Origin: Prochlorococcus sp. AG-347-K19
GTDB lineage: Bacteria; Cyanobacteriota; Cyanobacteriia; PCC-6307; Cyanobiaceae
Direction: 5' to 3'
Assembly: GCA_003281335.1 (NCBI GenBank)
Contig: QCCG01000004.1
Location: 3,804-67,803 of the forward strand
DNA length: 64,000 bases
Part shown: positions 22,079 to 30,339 of the stretch, in pieces
Layout: each line of letters opens with the position of its first letter
How positions within the stretch are numbered: the stretch's first letter is position 1
Translations under genes and position numbers: made by a program
Notes under the pieces: generated by a model
The model's input: only the letters and a program-made list of their open reading frames with translations
Told to the model about the DNA's origin: nothing
Database searches by the model: none

Positions 22079-23089
22079 TTAGTTTAGTTCAAGATCATCG
22101 TAAATTTCATGATCTGAACCAGCAAATGCAACCCATAATGGGAATTGAAGTATTGGAATTTCAACAGAGGTTTCTGCTGCATCAATGATAATAAATGGCA
22201 ATTCTTCATTCGCCTCTAATCTATCAGCTCTCTCGATAACACCTTCAGGCCTTTCAAAAAGAACAATTCCACTATTAGGTCCAAAATCATCCCTTGTAAG
22301 ACCAAGTGAATCTTGAAGAATTCTTCTCCATTCGCCTAATCGTTCAGGCTGCGAAGCTAAAATAAGAGTCTGAAACTGATCTCCATATAATTCTCCAAGA
22401 ATAGAAATTAAACCCGCAGATAATAAGGCATTTTTTTGTCGTGATCCTTTACTTTCAAGAGAACCTCTTCCGCCCATGTTAAAGAACCAATCATCCATAA
22501 TTTCTATATCTGATGAATCAAGACTTCGTCTTAATTTCCATGGTTCTGCATAAAAGTCAGGTTGTTCTGTAAAACTTGAAAAGCAACTTTTTATAATCTT
22601 TTCATCTGGCTTAAATGTTTCAGAAAGAGCGGGAACATTAACTACATTATTTGTGCTTTTGTTTTGCTTCTTCTCATCAAGGGGAGAAGGCTTCACGATT
22701 ATTGGTTGAGAAACTAATTCAAGTTTCTCTACGTTTTGTGAAAGATTCTGCAAAGCTCCGGTTAAGTACTCTTGAAAGCCTTTAACTCTTTTAGCAATAT
22801 TATCTGAATGTCCTTTGAAATTTGACTCAATATCTTTTTCTATTTCATTTTTTTTTGTTTCTAACTCTTTTATTTCTTCTAATAAATGGTCTTTTTTTGT
22901 GATGAGATCTCTAAAAATTTCATTAGAAATTTCATCAAAAGATTTATTTGATTTGTCGTTTTTTTGCGTAATTTTTTTATTTTGCGTGGTATTTTTCTTG
23001 CTAGTTTGTTTGGTTTTATCATCTGAAATTGACTTATCTATTGTTAATTCCTTTTCAGGATTATTGTCGGAAATTTCTGTATTGGTCAT
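22079..23089 (-). CDS. Conserved hypothetical protein: low-complexity/coiled-coil N-terminus and conserved C-terminal domain (DUF3086-like, tentative)
   Basis: K/N/T-rich N-terminus followed by a less biased C-terminal domain (...[51 protein letters not shown]...). Confidence 0.5.
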   Translation of the reverse strand: MTNTEISDNNPEKELTIDKSISDDKTKQTSKKNTTQNKKITQKNDKSNKSFDEISNEIFRDLITKKDHLLEEIKELETKKNEIEKDIESNFKGHSDNIAKRVKGFQEYLTGALQNLSQNVEKLELVSQPIIVKPSPLDEKKQNKSTNNVVNVPALSETFKPDEKIIKSCFSSFTEQPDFYAEPWKLRRSLDSSDIEIMDDWFFNMGGRGSLESKGSRQKNALLSAGLISILGELYGDQFQTLILASQPERLGEWRRILQDSLGLTRDDFGPNSGIVLFERPEGVIERADRLEANEELPFIIIDAAETSVEIPILQFPLWVAFAGSDHEIYDDLELN

Positions 23090-23124
23090 TTAAATAATTT
23101 TGATGAATATGCAAAGTCTGAATT

Positions 23125-23541
23125 TTAAGAATTTTTAATTTCCAGAGAGTCAACTTTTTTTATGAGCTCATCTTTTAATTGCTTTGGATTAAATAAAATT
23201 GGCAATAAATGAGGACTGGACTTCTCTCTGAAATAAAAAATACCTGGGATTATAGGGAAAAAGAATTTCCATGATATCCAGTTCTTGAATGGAAAAGTTC
23301 TAATCTCTTTTCCTAATTGTAAAACGATAAAATCATCATTTGTTATTTTTATTCTTAAGGTGAATGACTGAAGTAATAAAAAAAAGCTAAAAGAAGCAAA
23401 AATTATTGTTGGCAAAGAACCAATATTCAAAAACAGAAGCATAAAACTTAAAACTATTAGAATGATTGGCAACTGAAATGATGGAGATATTATTATAGGT
23501 TCCTCTTTTTTTGATTTAGTGTTAAACATAGGATCATCCAA
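23125..23541 (-). CDS. Small membrane protein (2 TM plus soluble domain; DUF3119-like, tentative)
   Basis: Hydrophobic segments LPIILIVLSFMLLFL and LPTIIFASFSFFLLL. Overlaps the stop of the upstream MlaE-like gene by 8 nt. Confidence 0.5.
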   Translation of the reverse strand: MDDPMFNTKSKKEEPIIISPSFQLPIILIVLSFMLLFLNIGSLPTIIFASFSFFLLLQSFTLRIKITNDDFIVLQLGKEIRTFPFKNWISWKFFFPIIPGIFYFREKSSPHLLPILFNPKQLKDELIKKVDSLEIKNS

Positions 23542-24289
23542 ATAAAATTTGTGTTAGGAATACATCCATTAAAGATACAATAACGAGAGTCATTACAACT
23601 GCGCCTGTTGTACTTGTTCCAACTTCTTTTGGACCACCTTTAGTTGTGAGTCCATATCCACAAGCAATGACAGAAATAAGTAATCCGAACACCACAGATT
23701 TAATTAACATTGAGGTTAAGTCTGCGCTAGTTAAACTCACATTACCTGACCTTACGGATGTCCAAAAAACTATTGGAGGAACCTTATAAAAAATTGTGCT
23801 CCAAATTTGTCCACTCCATAAAGCTACAGATAAAAACAAAATACACTGTATTGGAGACATTATTACCATCGATAACAACCTTGGGACTACCAAATATTGG
23901 ACTGGTTCGGTCCTTAACATGGTTATTGCCTCAATTTGTTCTGTAACTTTCATAGTGCCTAGTTGAGCTGCATAGGCAGTTGCCACCTTTCCAGTCATTA
24001 AAGTAGCAGTTAGAAGAGGAGCCATTTCTCTAGCCATACCTACTGCTAATAAACCTCCAATTTCACTTGAAACCCCCATACTTGTAAGTTGTGATGCAAC
24101 TTGAATATTAAAAACTGTACCTGCGGCAATTCCTGTAATTAATACAATTAATAAACTGCCAGGACCTGACTCCATAAGTTGGTCAAAGAGATCATTTTTG
24201 GAAATTTTACCCTTAAAGATAAAATTAATTGCTTGCCCGCCAATAACTAAGCTGCTTAGAAGTCTTTTGAAAAAATTAAGGTAATACAT
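23534..24289 (-). CDS. MlaE/Ttg2B-family ABC transporter permease (ycf63/TGD1-like lipid transporter permease)
   Basis: Length and TM pattern fit MlaE permeases, with motifs such as GPGSLLIVLITGIAAGTVF and EIGGLLAVGMAREMAPLLTA. Confidence 0.85.
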   Translation of the reverse strand: MYYLNFFKRLLSSLVIGGQAINFIFKGKISKNDLFDQLMESGPGSLLIVLITGIAAGTVFNIQVASQLTSMGVSSEIGGLLAVGMAREMAPLLTATLMTGKVATAYAAQLGTMKVTEQIEAITMLRTEPVQYLVVPRLLSMVIMSPIQCILFLSVALWSGQIWSTIFYKVPPIVFWTSVRSGNVSLTSADLTSMLIKSVVFGLLISVIACGYGLTTKGGPKEVGTSTTGAVVMTLVIVSLMDVFLTQILFG

Positions 24290-24298
24290 ATCTTTATA

Positions 24299-25696
24299 TT
24301 AGTTTGTAATTAATTCTCGATCCCATTTTCTCATGATTAAAAGACCAATTATTACCAATATTGAGGGTATAAAACCAATACATAATCTAATAGTTAATTG
24401 TGCTGAGTAGCATTGTTCAATAATATTTAGACCATCTTTATCAACAAAGCATGATTGATAACCTGATAAATACAATAAAAATCCTAATAATTGAACACTA
24501 AACGCGATACCAATCTTCTGAATAAGTACCATCCATGCAGTATATAATCCTGCTGGTTTCTCTGGATCTTCATCTATTGCATCAGGGAGTAGTGACCAAG
24601 GGATAAGAAAAGCGATTGAAGCTCCAATGCCAATAAGACAGATTATGAAAATTAAAAGAATGAACAGAAATATGTTGCTGGCATTTAGGAATAAACTATC
24701 TCCAACTCCTGAAATTTTTGATAATGAAGGTAAAAATAAAGCTGCTGTACATGAAATAATCCACATGATCGCTCCATAGTTTAAAGCTGAAATCCTGTTC
24801 AATTTATTTGATACTCTTGTCCATATTTGTAAACCCACTAAAGCGCTAATTTGGAAAGGTATCGGGATCCACTTCGCAATATATGTTGGTACATTCAGTA
24901 CATCCTCGACATAGATTATCGCTACTGTTTGCATTAATTGTAGGGCGCACCAAAGAAGAATATAAAGCTTAATAACTTTTAGAAATTTTTTATTTCTGAA
25001 GATCCTTTTGAATTGAAGTGTTATGGCTTCAACTTTTCCAGAAGGTCTTCTTGCTTTTTTTGCGAATGGAGCTAATCCCCAACAAGAAATTAATGTTGCA
25101 GCAACTGCAATACATCCGCTTATTTTACCCATTAAAAAATATTCATTATTTGCAGATCCTTCGGAACCTAATACAACTCCAGCAATTATTAAACCAGTTA
25201 GTCCTGCAATTATTGAGCCAGTAAATCTAGATGCGTTTAGTCTTGTTCTTATTGCTGTTTTTTCAGAAATTTCAGTAGATAGAGCTGCAAAAGGCAGATT
25301 AATACTTGTATAGGCAGTCATTACGATTATAGAAATTATGGCATAGTAAATAGTCTTGGTTAGCACTGAACCAGTGGGTGTCCACCATATCGCAGCTAAA
25401 GAGAAACCAAGAGGAACTGATGCTGCTACCATCCAAGGGATTCTTGGCCCCCATTTTGATTTTGTACGATCACTTAACCATCCAATTAACGGATCATTTA
25501 CTGCATCCCATATCTTTATAAACATTAATAATGATCCTGCAATTATTACTGGTAAACCAGCAGAAATAAAGAATTTGAAAAGAAAAAAACCAAATTGCGT
25601 CGCGACTAAACCTGTCCCTGCATCTCCTAGCCCATAAGAGAACATTAATCTTGTTGTTGATCTAGAAATATTTTTTTTCGAGTGTGAATTTTCCAA
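24299..25696 (-). CDS. glcH: GPH-family (MelB-like) sugar:cation symporter, candidate ortholog of the Prochlorococcus glucose transporter GlcH
   Basis: 12-TM MFS/GPH architecture with the N-terminal motif FGLGDAGTGLV...DAVNDPLIGWLSDRT. The GlcH assignment is an inference from family plus taxon. Confidence 0.75.
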   Translation of the reverse strand: MENSHSKKNISRSTTRLMFSYGLGDAGTGLVATQFGFFLFKFFISAGLPVIIAGSLLMFIKIWDAVNDPLIGWLSDRTKSKWGPRIPWMVAASVPLGFSLAAIWWTPTGSVLTKTIYYAIISIIVMTAYTSINLPFAALSTEISEKTAIRTRLNASRFTGSIIAGLTGLIIAGVVLGSEGSANNEYFLMGKISGCIAVAATLISCWGLAPFAKKARRPSGKVEAITLQFKRIFRNKKFLKVIKLYILLWCALQLMQTVAIIYVEDVLNVPTYIAKWIPIPFQISALVGLQIWTRVSNKLNRISALNYGAIMWIISCTAALFLPSLSKISGVGDSLFLNASNIFLFILLIFIICLIGIGASIAFLIPWSLLPDAIDEDPEKPAGLYTAWMVLIQKIGIAFSVQLLGFLLYLSGYQSCFVDKDGLNIIEQCYSAQLTIRLCIGFIPSILVIIGLLIMRKWDRELITN

Positions 25697-25757
25697 TCTT
25701 TTTACTTTGTTGATTGTTTGATAATGTATTATTGCAATGGTTATTCTATTACTTAAT

Positions 25758-25828
25758 GCGGGCGTGGTTTAGTGGTAAAACCTCAGCCTTCCAAGCTGAA
25801 GATGCGGGTTCGATTCCCGCCGCCCGCT
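25758..25828 (+). tRNA. tRNA-Gly (anticodon UCC)
   Basis: Hand-folded cloverleaf: acceptor GCGGGCG/CGCCCGC, anticodon stem TCAGC/GCTGA with loop CTTCCAA, T-arm GCGGG-TTCGATT-CCCGC. No encoded CCA. Confidence 0.9.
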
Positions 25829-25829
25829 T

Positions 25830-27863
25830 TTAGAATAAATTATTTTTTGCCCCAAATACTTCATCTGAAATGATTAATAAAGAGCTTCTACTCTTTATTG
25901 AAACGGATTTTTCATTGATAATTAAGGGTTCAAAAATCTCAGACATGCTGGTGTCAATAACTTTTAACCAATTATATTTACATTTCGGCAAGGGGAAATC
26001 GATACTTTTTGAATATGCATTCAAGCCTATCCAGACCAGCGGATTAGAAATGCCTTTGTTAATGCTAAAGGCAACTGTGTGAGACCAACTACTCCAATCG
26101 GGGCTATCTAACTTTGTTCCATGCCAATGATATGTTGGAATATTTTCATTGGTTTGATTATTAGGGAAGAATGATGGATTAAAAATGTTTGTTAGTTTTT
26201 TTCTGATTTTTATAACGTATTTAAAATATTCTAATAATTCCAAATCTTGCTGACCATATTCCCAATTCATCCAGCCCAATAAATTATTTTGGCACCAAGA
26301 ATTATTGTTACCGCCTTGTGATCTTCCTATCTCATCACCCATAAGTATCATTGGTACACCTTTTGAGATAAATAAACTAAGAATAAGATTTTTTTGTTGT
26401 CTTTTTCTTAAATCTTTAATTAATAAGTTTGTAGTTGGTCCCTCTGTACCATGATTCCAAGAATTGTTATGGTTATCTCCATCTCTATTTTGTTCTCTAT
26501 TAGCAAAATTATGTTTTCTATTGAAAGTTACTAAATCTTTTAGAGTGAATCCATCATGTGAAGTAATAAAGTTTATTGATTTTGGGAAAATAGTATCTTC
26601 TTTATAAATCGATGGAGTACCTTTGATTTTATCGCTCATATTCCAAGCTGTATCTTTATCTCCCTTCCAAAATCTTCGCAAATCATCTCTAAAATGACCA
26701 TTCCAAGTGAAGGTATTCTTAGATGGGAAATTACCTAATTTATATAAACCGCCACAGTCCCATGGCTCACTTATAAACTTTATATCAACAAGTTCTGGTT
26801 CACATTCGATATCTTCAAAAATTGGAGGATTATCGAGTGGTGAGAGATTTTCTCCTCTTGATAAGGCAATACCTAAATCAAATCTAAAACCATCTACTCC
26901 AAATTCATTCGCCCAACACTTTAATGATTCAATTATTAGTTTTCTAACTAATCCTCTATTTGCTGCAATAGTATTACCACATCCGGAGACGTCCTGATAA
27001 TTTTTATCTTTTCCAATAAAGTAATAAAGATTTTCATCTATACCTTTCCAAGATATTGCTGGCCCTTTTGAATCACCTTCGCAAGTGTGATTGTATACAA
27101 CATCTAAGATGACTTCAATGTCTGCTTTATGACATTCCTCTACAAATCTTCTAAATTCCTCTCTATTCTTTTCGGGGGATTCATTCGAAAGATATTCAAA
27201 ATGCGGAGTAAACCAATTAATTGGACTATATCCCCAAAAATTTTTTAGACCATTTGGGGCATCAGTAGGATCAAAACAAAAAATTGGAAGTAATTCAATT
27301 GTTGTAATACCCAGTTGTTTGAGATAAGGAATTTTTTTTAAAAATTTCTTAAAACAACTTTCATCTTTATCAGTTGATTCAGTGAAAGCTTTGATATGGA
27401 GTTCATAAATAATTGTTTCTTCCCAAGAATGTTTCGGTCTTGGATAATCCTTAAAATTAAATAATTTTCTATCGCAAACAACACTTTTAAGACAAGAATT
27501 AGTATTTTCTTGATTTTTTAATGCATTTTCTCTTTTATAACTTCTCCATCCGGTAATACCCCTTGAACATGGATCAAGTAATACTTTTTTTTCATAGTTA
27601 TTATTAATCTCATTATTTTTTTGTTTCACTCTAAAAGCATAAATAGAACCTTCATCTAGATTTTTTATTTCCGCATGCCAGTATGGACCTGTATTATGAG
27701 TCTGATCTAATTTGAATGTGCTTTTTGGGGAAATAGAGTCCTCTTTCTCAAACAATAAGATTTCTACATATTCTGCATTTGTGGCTACTAAGGAAAAATT
27801 AATCCCTTGTGAAGTTAGAGAACTCCCTAAAGGAAATGGTTTACCTTTATTGAGATGAATCAC
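25830..27863 (-). CDS. glgX: Glycogen debranching enzyme (isoamylase-type, GH13)
   Basis: GH13 regions VILDVVYNHT, GFRFDLG, ISEPWD and FITSHDGF. N-terminal CBM48-like domain. Confidence 0.93.
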   Translation of the reverse strand: MIHLNKGKPFPLGSSLTSQGINFSLVATNAEYVEILLFEKEDSISPKSTFKLDQTHNTGPYWHAEIKNLDEGSIYAFRVKQKNNEINNNYEKKVLLDPCSRGITGWRSYKRENALKNQENTNSCLKSVVCDRKLFNFKDYPRPKHSWEETIIYELHIKAFTESTDKDESCFKKFLKKIPYLKQLGITTIELLPIFCFDPTDAPNGLKNFWGYSPINWFTPHFEYLSNESPEKNREEFRRFVEECHKADIEVILDVVYNHTCEGDSKGPAISWKGIDENLYYFIGKDKNYQDVSGCGNTIAANRGLVRKLIIESLKCWANEFGVDGFRFDLGIALSRGENLSPLDNPPIFEDIECEPELVDIKFISEPWDCGGLYKLGNFPSKNTFTWNGHFRDDLRRFWKGDKDTAWNMSDKIKGTPSIYKEDTIFPKSINFITSHDGFTLKDLVTFNRKHNFANREQNRDGDNHNNSWNHGTEGPTTNLLIKDLRKRQQKNLILSLFISKGVPMILMGDEIGRSQGGNNNSWCQNNLLGWMNWEYGQQDLELLEYFKYVIKIRKKLTNIFNPSFFPNNQTNENIPTYHWHGTKLDSPDWSSWSHTVAFSINKGISNPLVWIGLNAYSKSIDFPLPKCKYNWLKVIDTSMSEIFEPLIINEKSVSIKSRSSLLIISDEVFGAKNNLF

Positions 27864-28189
27864 TTTTTTTTATCATTGACTTAGTTAAATATTGAGATAA
27901 TTTATTTAAATTACTGATATTTGAATAATAGATGCAAAATTTAAAAAAAAACTCAAATTTAAGGCTTCACTAATCAACTTTATTAGATCTTGGAGAGTAT
28001 TAATTTTCTAATTAATTACAATTTCTTCATCCATTTGCTCAGTGCATAAAACGATTTATAGAGAAAGTTTAATAATGAGAAAACTAGATTTTTCTTGATT
28101 TCAAAATACAAATTGTGTTTTTTCATGTGATGAGAAGGAAATATATCTGAAAATTAATAAAACATAATAAATAGGTCAAATTCTTAAAT

Positions 28190-28198
28190 CCCCCCCCC
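28190..28198. repeat. Homopolymeric C9 tract, immediately followed by TTGACA (28200-28205)
   Basis: Read directly: ...taaatCCCCCCCCCttTGACAttttt. Confidence 0.9.
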
Positions 28199-28216
28199 TT
28201 TGACATTTTTCCCCTT

Positions 28217-28253
28217 TGCTAAATCTAGTTATATTTTTAATGCTAAATCTAGT
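28217..28253. repeat. Two perfect 13-nt direct repeats TGCTAAATCTAGT (28217-28229, 28241-28253), 24-bp period
   Basis: Read directly. An inverted copy of the 10-nt core AAATCTAGTT lies at 28083-28092. Confidence 0.9.
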
Positions 28254-28281
28254 GCCAGCAACGCTTTTTGCTGTTTTCTAA

Positions 28282-28419
28282 ATGAAGAAGCTATTTTTTA
28301 TAGATGAAAAAGCGCGGTTAAAAGAAATAAATAATGTTGCTAAAAATGTCCCTAAAATTTGTATAAAGCTTTGCGCCGCCGGCATTTTCGGTTGCCGTAT
28401 TTGTATTTGCTCCATATGA
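28282..28419 (+). CDS. Candidate 45-aa Cys-rich micro-ORF (MKKLFFIDEKARLKEINNVAKNVPKICIKLCAAGIFGCRICICSI); coding status unproven
   Basis: ATG...TGA open frame spanning the only GC-rich patch of the spacer. A co-extensive antisense ORF (28278-28415) also exists, so this may be coincidental. Confidence 0.25.
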   Translation: MKKLFFIDEKARLKEINNVAKNVPKICIKLCAAGIFGCRICICSI

Positions 28420-28487
28420 TGTGAAAGTTCGAGGTTTAAACTCGATTTAAATCTTTTTTTTAACCCCTAGCTTTAATTTAAATTTCA

Positions 28488-28763
28488 ATGAACAAAGCTG
28501 ATTTAGTAAATCTTGTTGCAGCTCGTACAGAGCTCACAAAAACGGATGTTTCTTTAGTTGTTGATGCAGCTATTGAAACTATTGTTGATTCAGTAGTGGA
28601 AGGCAAAAAAGTCTCTTTACTAGGATTTGGTTCTTTTGAACCAAGAGATCGTTCTGCAAGACAGGGTTTAAACCCTAAGACAGGCGAAAAAATAGCAATA
28701 CCCGCTAAAAGAGTTCCAACATTCTCTGCAGGTAAACTTTTTAAGGATAGAGTTCAAGGGTAA
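28488..28763 (+). CDS. hupB: DNA-binding protein HU
   Basis: MNKADLVNLVA...GFGSFEPRDRSARQGLNPKTGEKIAIPAKRVPTFSAGK is a canonical HU/IHF fold sequence. Confidence 0.96.
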   Translation: MNKADLVNLVAARTELTKTDVSLVVDAAIETIVDSVVEGKKVSLLGFGSFEPRDRSARQGLNPKTGEKIAIPAKRVPTFSAGKLFKDRVQG

Positions 28764-28795
28764 TTTTTTTAATCTATTTCTTCCTTTAATAACAA

Positions 28796-28823
28796 GGTGC
28801 TCTTTTAGGGCATCTTTTTTTTT
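28796..28823 (+). terminator. Rho-independent terminator of hupB
   Basis: Hairpin GGTGCTC-TTTTA-GGGCATC (7 bp including G-U pairs) followed by a T9 run. Confidence 0.7.
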
Positions 28824-28898
28824 AAATCGCAAAAAAATGCAATTAGCTCAATGCTCAATACTCTTAACGAGGTATTCAAAATTTTGAAATCTTAAGAA

Positions 28899-29213
28899 GT
28901 GATGAAATGTTTAACTATTTTATTCCTTAAATTTTTGTTGTTATCTAATTTTGTTATGGCTGAAACAATACCAACAAAGCCTAAGATTTTAAAACAATCT
29001 AGTGATTGTTTTAAAGATTCACGAACCCAAATATGTAAAGAATTAGTTTCTGAAATAGAAAAACTTCAATTAGTAGTATTTGACCAAAATAGATTCAAAT
29101 GTCAATCAAGTTTATTGGGGTTGCAAACGGAAATTATTGAAGCTTATTTTTTTAATAATTTCTCAAATAAGAGAATTTCATTAATGATCCCATATGTGAT
29201 TAAAAATTGTTAA
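28899..29213 (+). CDS. Small secreted hypothetical protein (signal peptide, 4 Cys in mature part)
   Basis: MMKCLTILFLKFLLLSNFVMA | ETIP... The alternative ATG at 28902 is more likely the start. No recognisable domain. Confidence 0.5.
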   Translation: MMKCLTILFLKFLLLSNFVMAETIPTKPKILKQSSDCFKDSRTQICKELVSEIEKLQLVVFDQNRFKCQSSLLGLQTEIIEAYFFNNFSNKRISLMIPYVIKNC

Positions 29214-29267
29214 TTATTAAAATAATTTATTTTTTTAGAATATTATAAATTGGTTATTTAATTTGTA

Positions 29268-29519
29268 ATGGTAAAAGGTTTTTCCGATAATGATGTTAAG
29301 AATAATACTAAAAATACTCAAAATACTCAAATAAAAGAAAAAAAAGGCTTAGCTGGTTTTCTTAAAGGCAAGAAATTTACTTACACTTTGCCAGGCAAAA
29401 AACAAATAAATATTTTTGGATCAATAGTAATAGGCTTAAATATCATTTTAGTATTGCTAGTCATCCTTTATTTAAAGAATCAAGAATTCCATGACTTTGT
29501 ATTTAATGTTGGACGTTAG
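29268..29519 (+). CDS. Small hypothetical protein: basic N-terminus, one C-terminal TM helix
   Basis: Contains INIFGSIVIGLNIILVLLVILYL. No recognisable domain. Confidence 0.45.
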   Translation: MVKGFSDNDVKNNTKNTQNTQIKEKKGLAGFLKGKKFTYTLPGKKQINIFGSIVIGLNIILVLLVILYLKNQEFHDFVFNVGR

Positions 29520-29577
29520 CTATATTTTTAGATCGAAAGATTTTATTAGATGATATATTTAAATTTTAGAATATCTT

Positions 29578-29835
29578 ATGAAGATAGTTAATTTAGTTTC
29601 TCAAGTATTTTTTTTGTTGATAACTGTTCTATTTTTGATATATTTTCTAACAGGTTATGACTCCGCTTTCGAGGCAGACCAAAATTGTCATTCATATCTT
29701 TCAAGTTACGATAACCCATCGGGAAATTATGGTTGTGACCATGATACTGAGACTCATCAGTGGATACTTTACGAGTCCAATGAAAGTAATGAACCAGCAA
29801 AAATTATTAAGAAATTTAGATACAAGTTTTTATAA
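29578..29835 (+). CDS. Small hypothetical protein: N-terminal TM anchor, Cys/His/Asp-containing ectodomain
   Basis: LVSQVFFLLITVLFLIYFL followed by ...DQNCHSY...YGCDHDTETHQW. Confidence 0.45.
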   Translation: MKIVNLVSQVFFLLITVLFLIYFLTGYDSAFEADQNCHSYLSSYDNPSGNYGCDHDTETHQWILYESNESNEPAKIIKKFRYKFL

Positions 29836-30042
29836 ATCAATTTTCTTATAAAAAAACTTTGCAGATATAATAGAGATAACAGCTGTAATTGTGAAAGTAA
29901 GATATTGATATATGCTTCCTTCTAAGTAGATTTTATTTTTATATAGAGGAAAATCGACTAAAGATCCTATTGTACCCCAAATAATTACCCAAACAGATAT
30001 GTATAACAATACTTTTATTGGATTAGATTTCTTTGCTTCCAT
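29830..30042 (-). CDS. Small 2-TM hypothetical protein, 2 nt downstream of the hli gene
   Basis: VLLYISVWVIIWGTIGSLV and YLTFTITAVISIISAKFF. Its ATG lies 2 nt after the hli stop. Confidence 0.45.
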   Translation of the reverse strand: MEAKKSNPIKVLLYISVWVIIWGTIGSLVDFPLYKNKIYLEGSIYQYLTFTITAVISIISAKFFYKKIDL

Positions 30043-30044
30043 TT

Positions 30045-30290
30045 TTAATTAATACCAAAAATTGAAGAAGTAACAGGTCTGCCGCTAAAAACTAACTCGG
30101 TTAATATAAGCATTAAGAATCCGATCATTGCTGCTCTACCATTTACAAGTTCAGCACTGCTATTAAATCCAAAAACATTCTTTACTTCATCTCCCTTATT
30201 GTCTACCCATTTTGAGTATTCATTATCAGTTGATGATGTATCAGTAAAATCATCATTTTGATTTTCTATTGGGGAGCCTTTTTCTTGCAT
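30045..30290 (-). CDS. hli: High-light-inducible protein (HLIP, CAB/ELIP/HLIP superfamily) with long acidic N-terminal extension
   Basis: FGFNSSAELVNGRAAMIGFLMLILTE is the chlorophyll-binding helix motif (ExxNGRxAMxG). Confidence 0.9.
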   Translation of the reverse strand: MQEKGSPIENQNDDFTDTSSTDNEYSKWVDNKGDEVKNVFGFNSSAELVNGRAAMIGFLMLILTELVFSGRPVTSSIFGIN

Positions 30291-30339
30291 ACAATTTTTT
30301 AGCTTATTCTAGTAATTTTAAAACTAGTTTATTATTAAA

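Noticed and set aside
27864-28200. Small ORFs in the left part of the glgX-hupB spacer, such as the minus-strand 36-codon MKKHNLYFEIKKNLVFSLLNFLYKSFYALSKWMKKL, and a +strand TTGACT...TAATTT promoter-like pair at about 27875-27902.
   Set aside because: The composition is indistinguishable from random AT-rich sequence and no supporting signals are present. They cannot be supported without comparative or expression data.
28217-28253. A CRISPR-like array suggested by the 13-nt direct repeats.
   Set aside because: There are only two short copies with an 11-nt spacer and no cas genes. Prochlorococcus is not known to carry CRISPR. It is better treated as a putative regulatory repeat.
25758-30290. 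A possible tRNA-flanked genomic island or prophage remnant (tRNA-Gly, long spacer, small orphan ORFs, hli).
   Set aside because: There is no integrase, transposase, phage structural gene or tRNA-derived direct repeat. glgX and hupB between the tRNA and the small ORFs are core genes. At most this is a micro-variable patch, reported as such in the findings.
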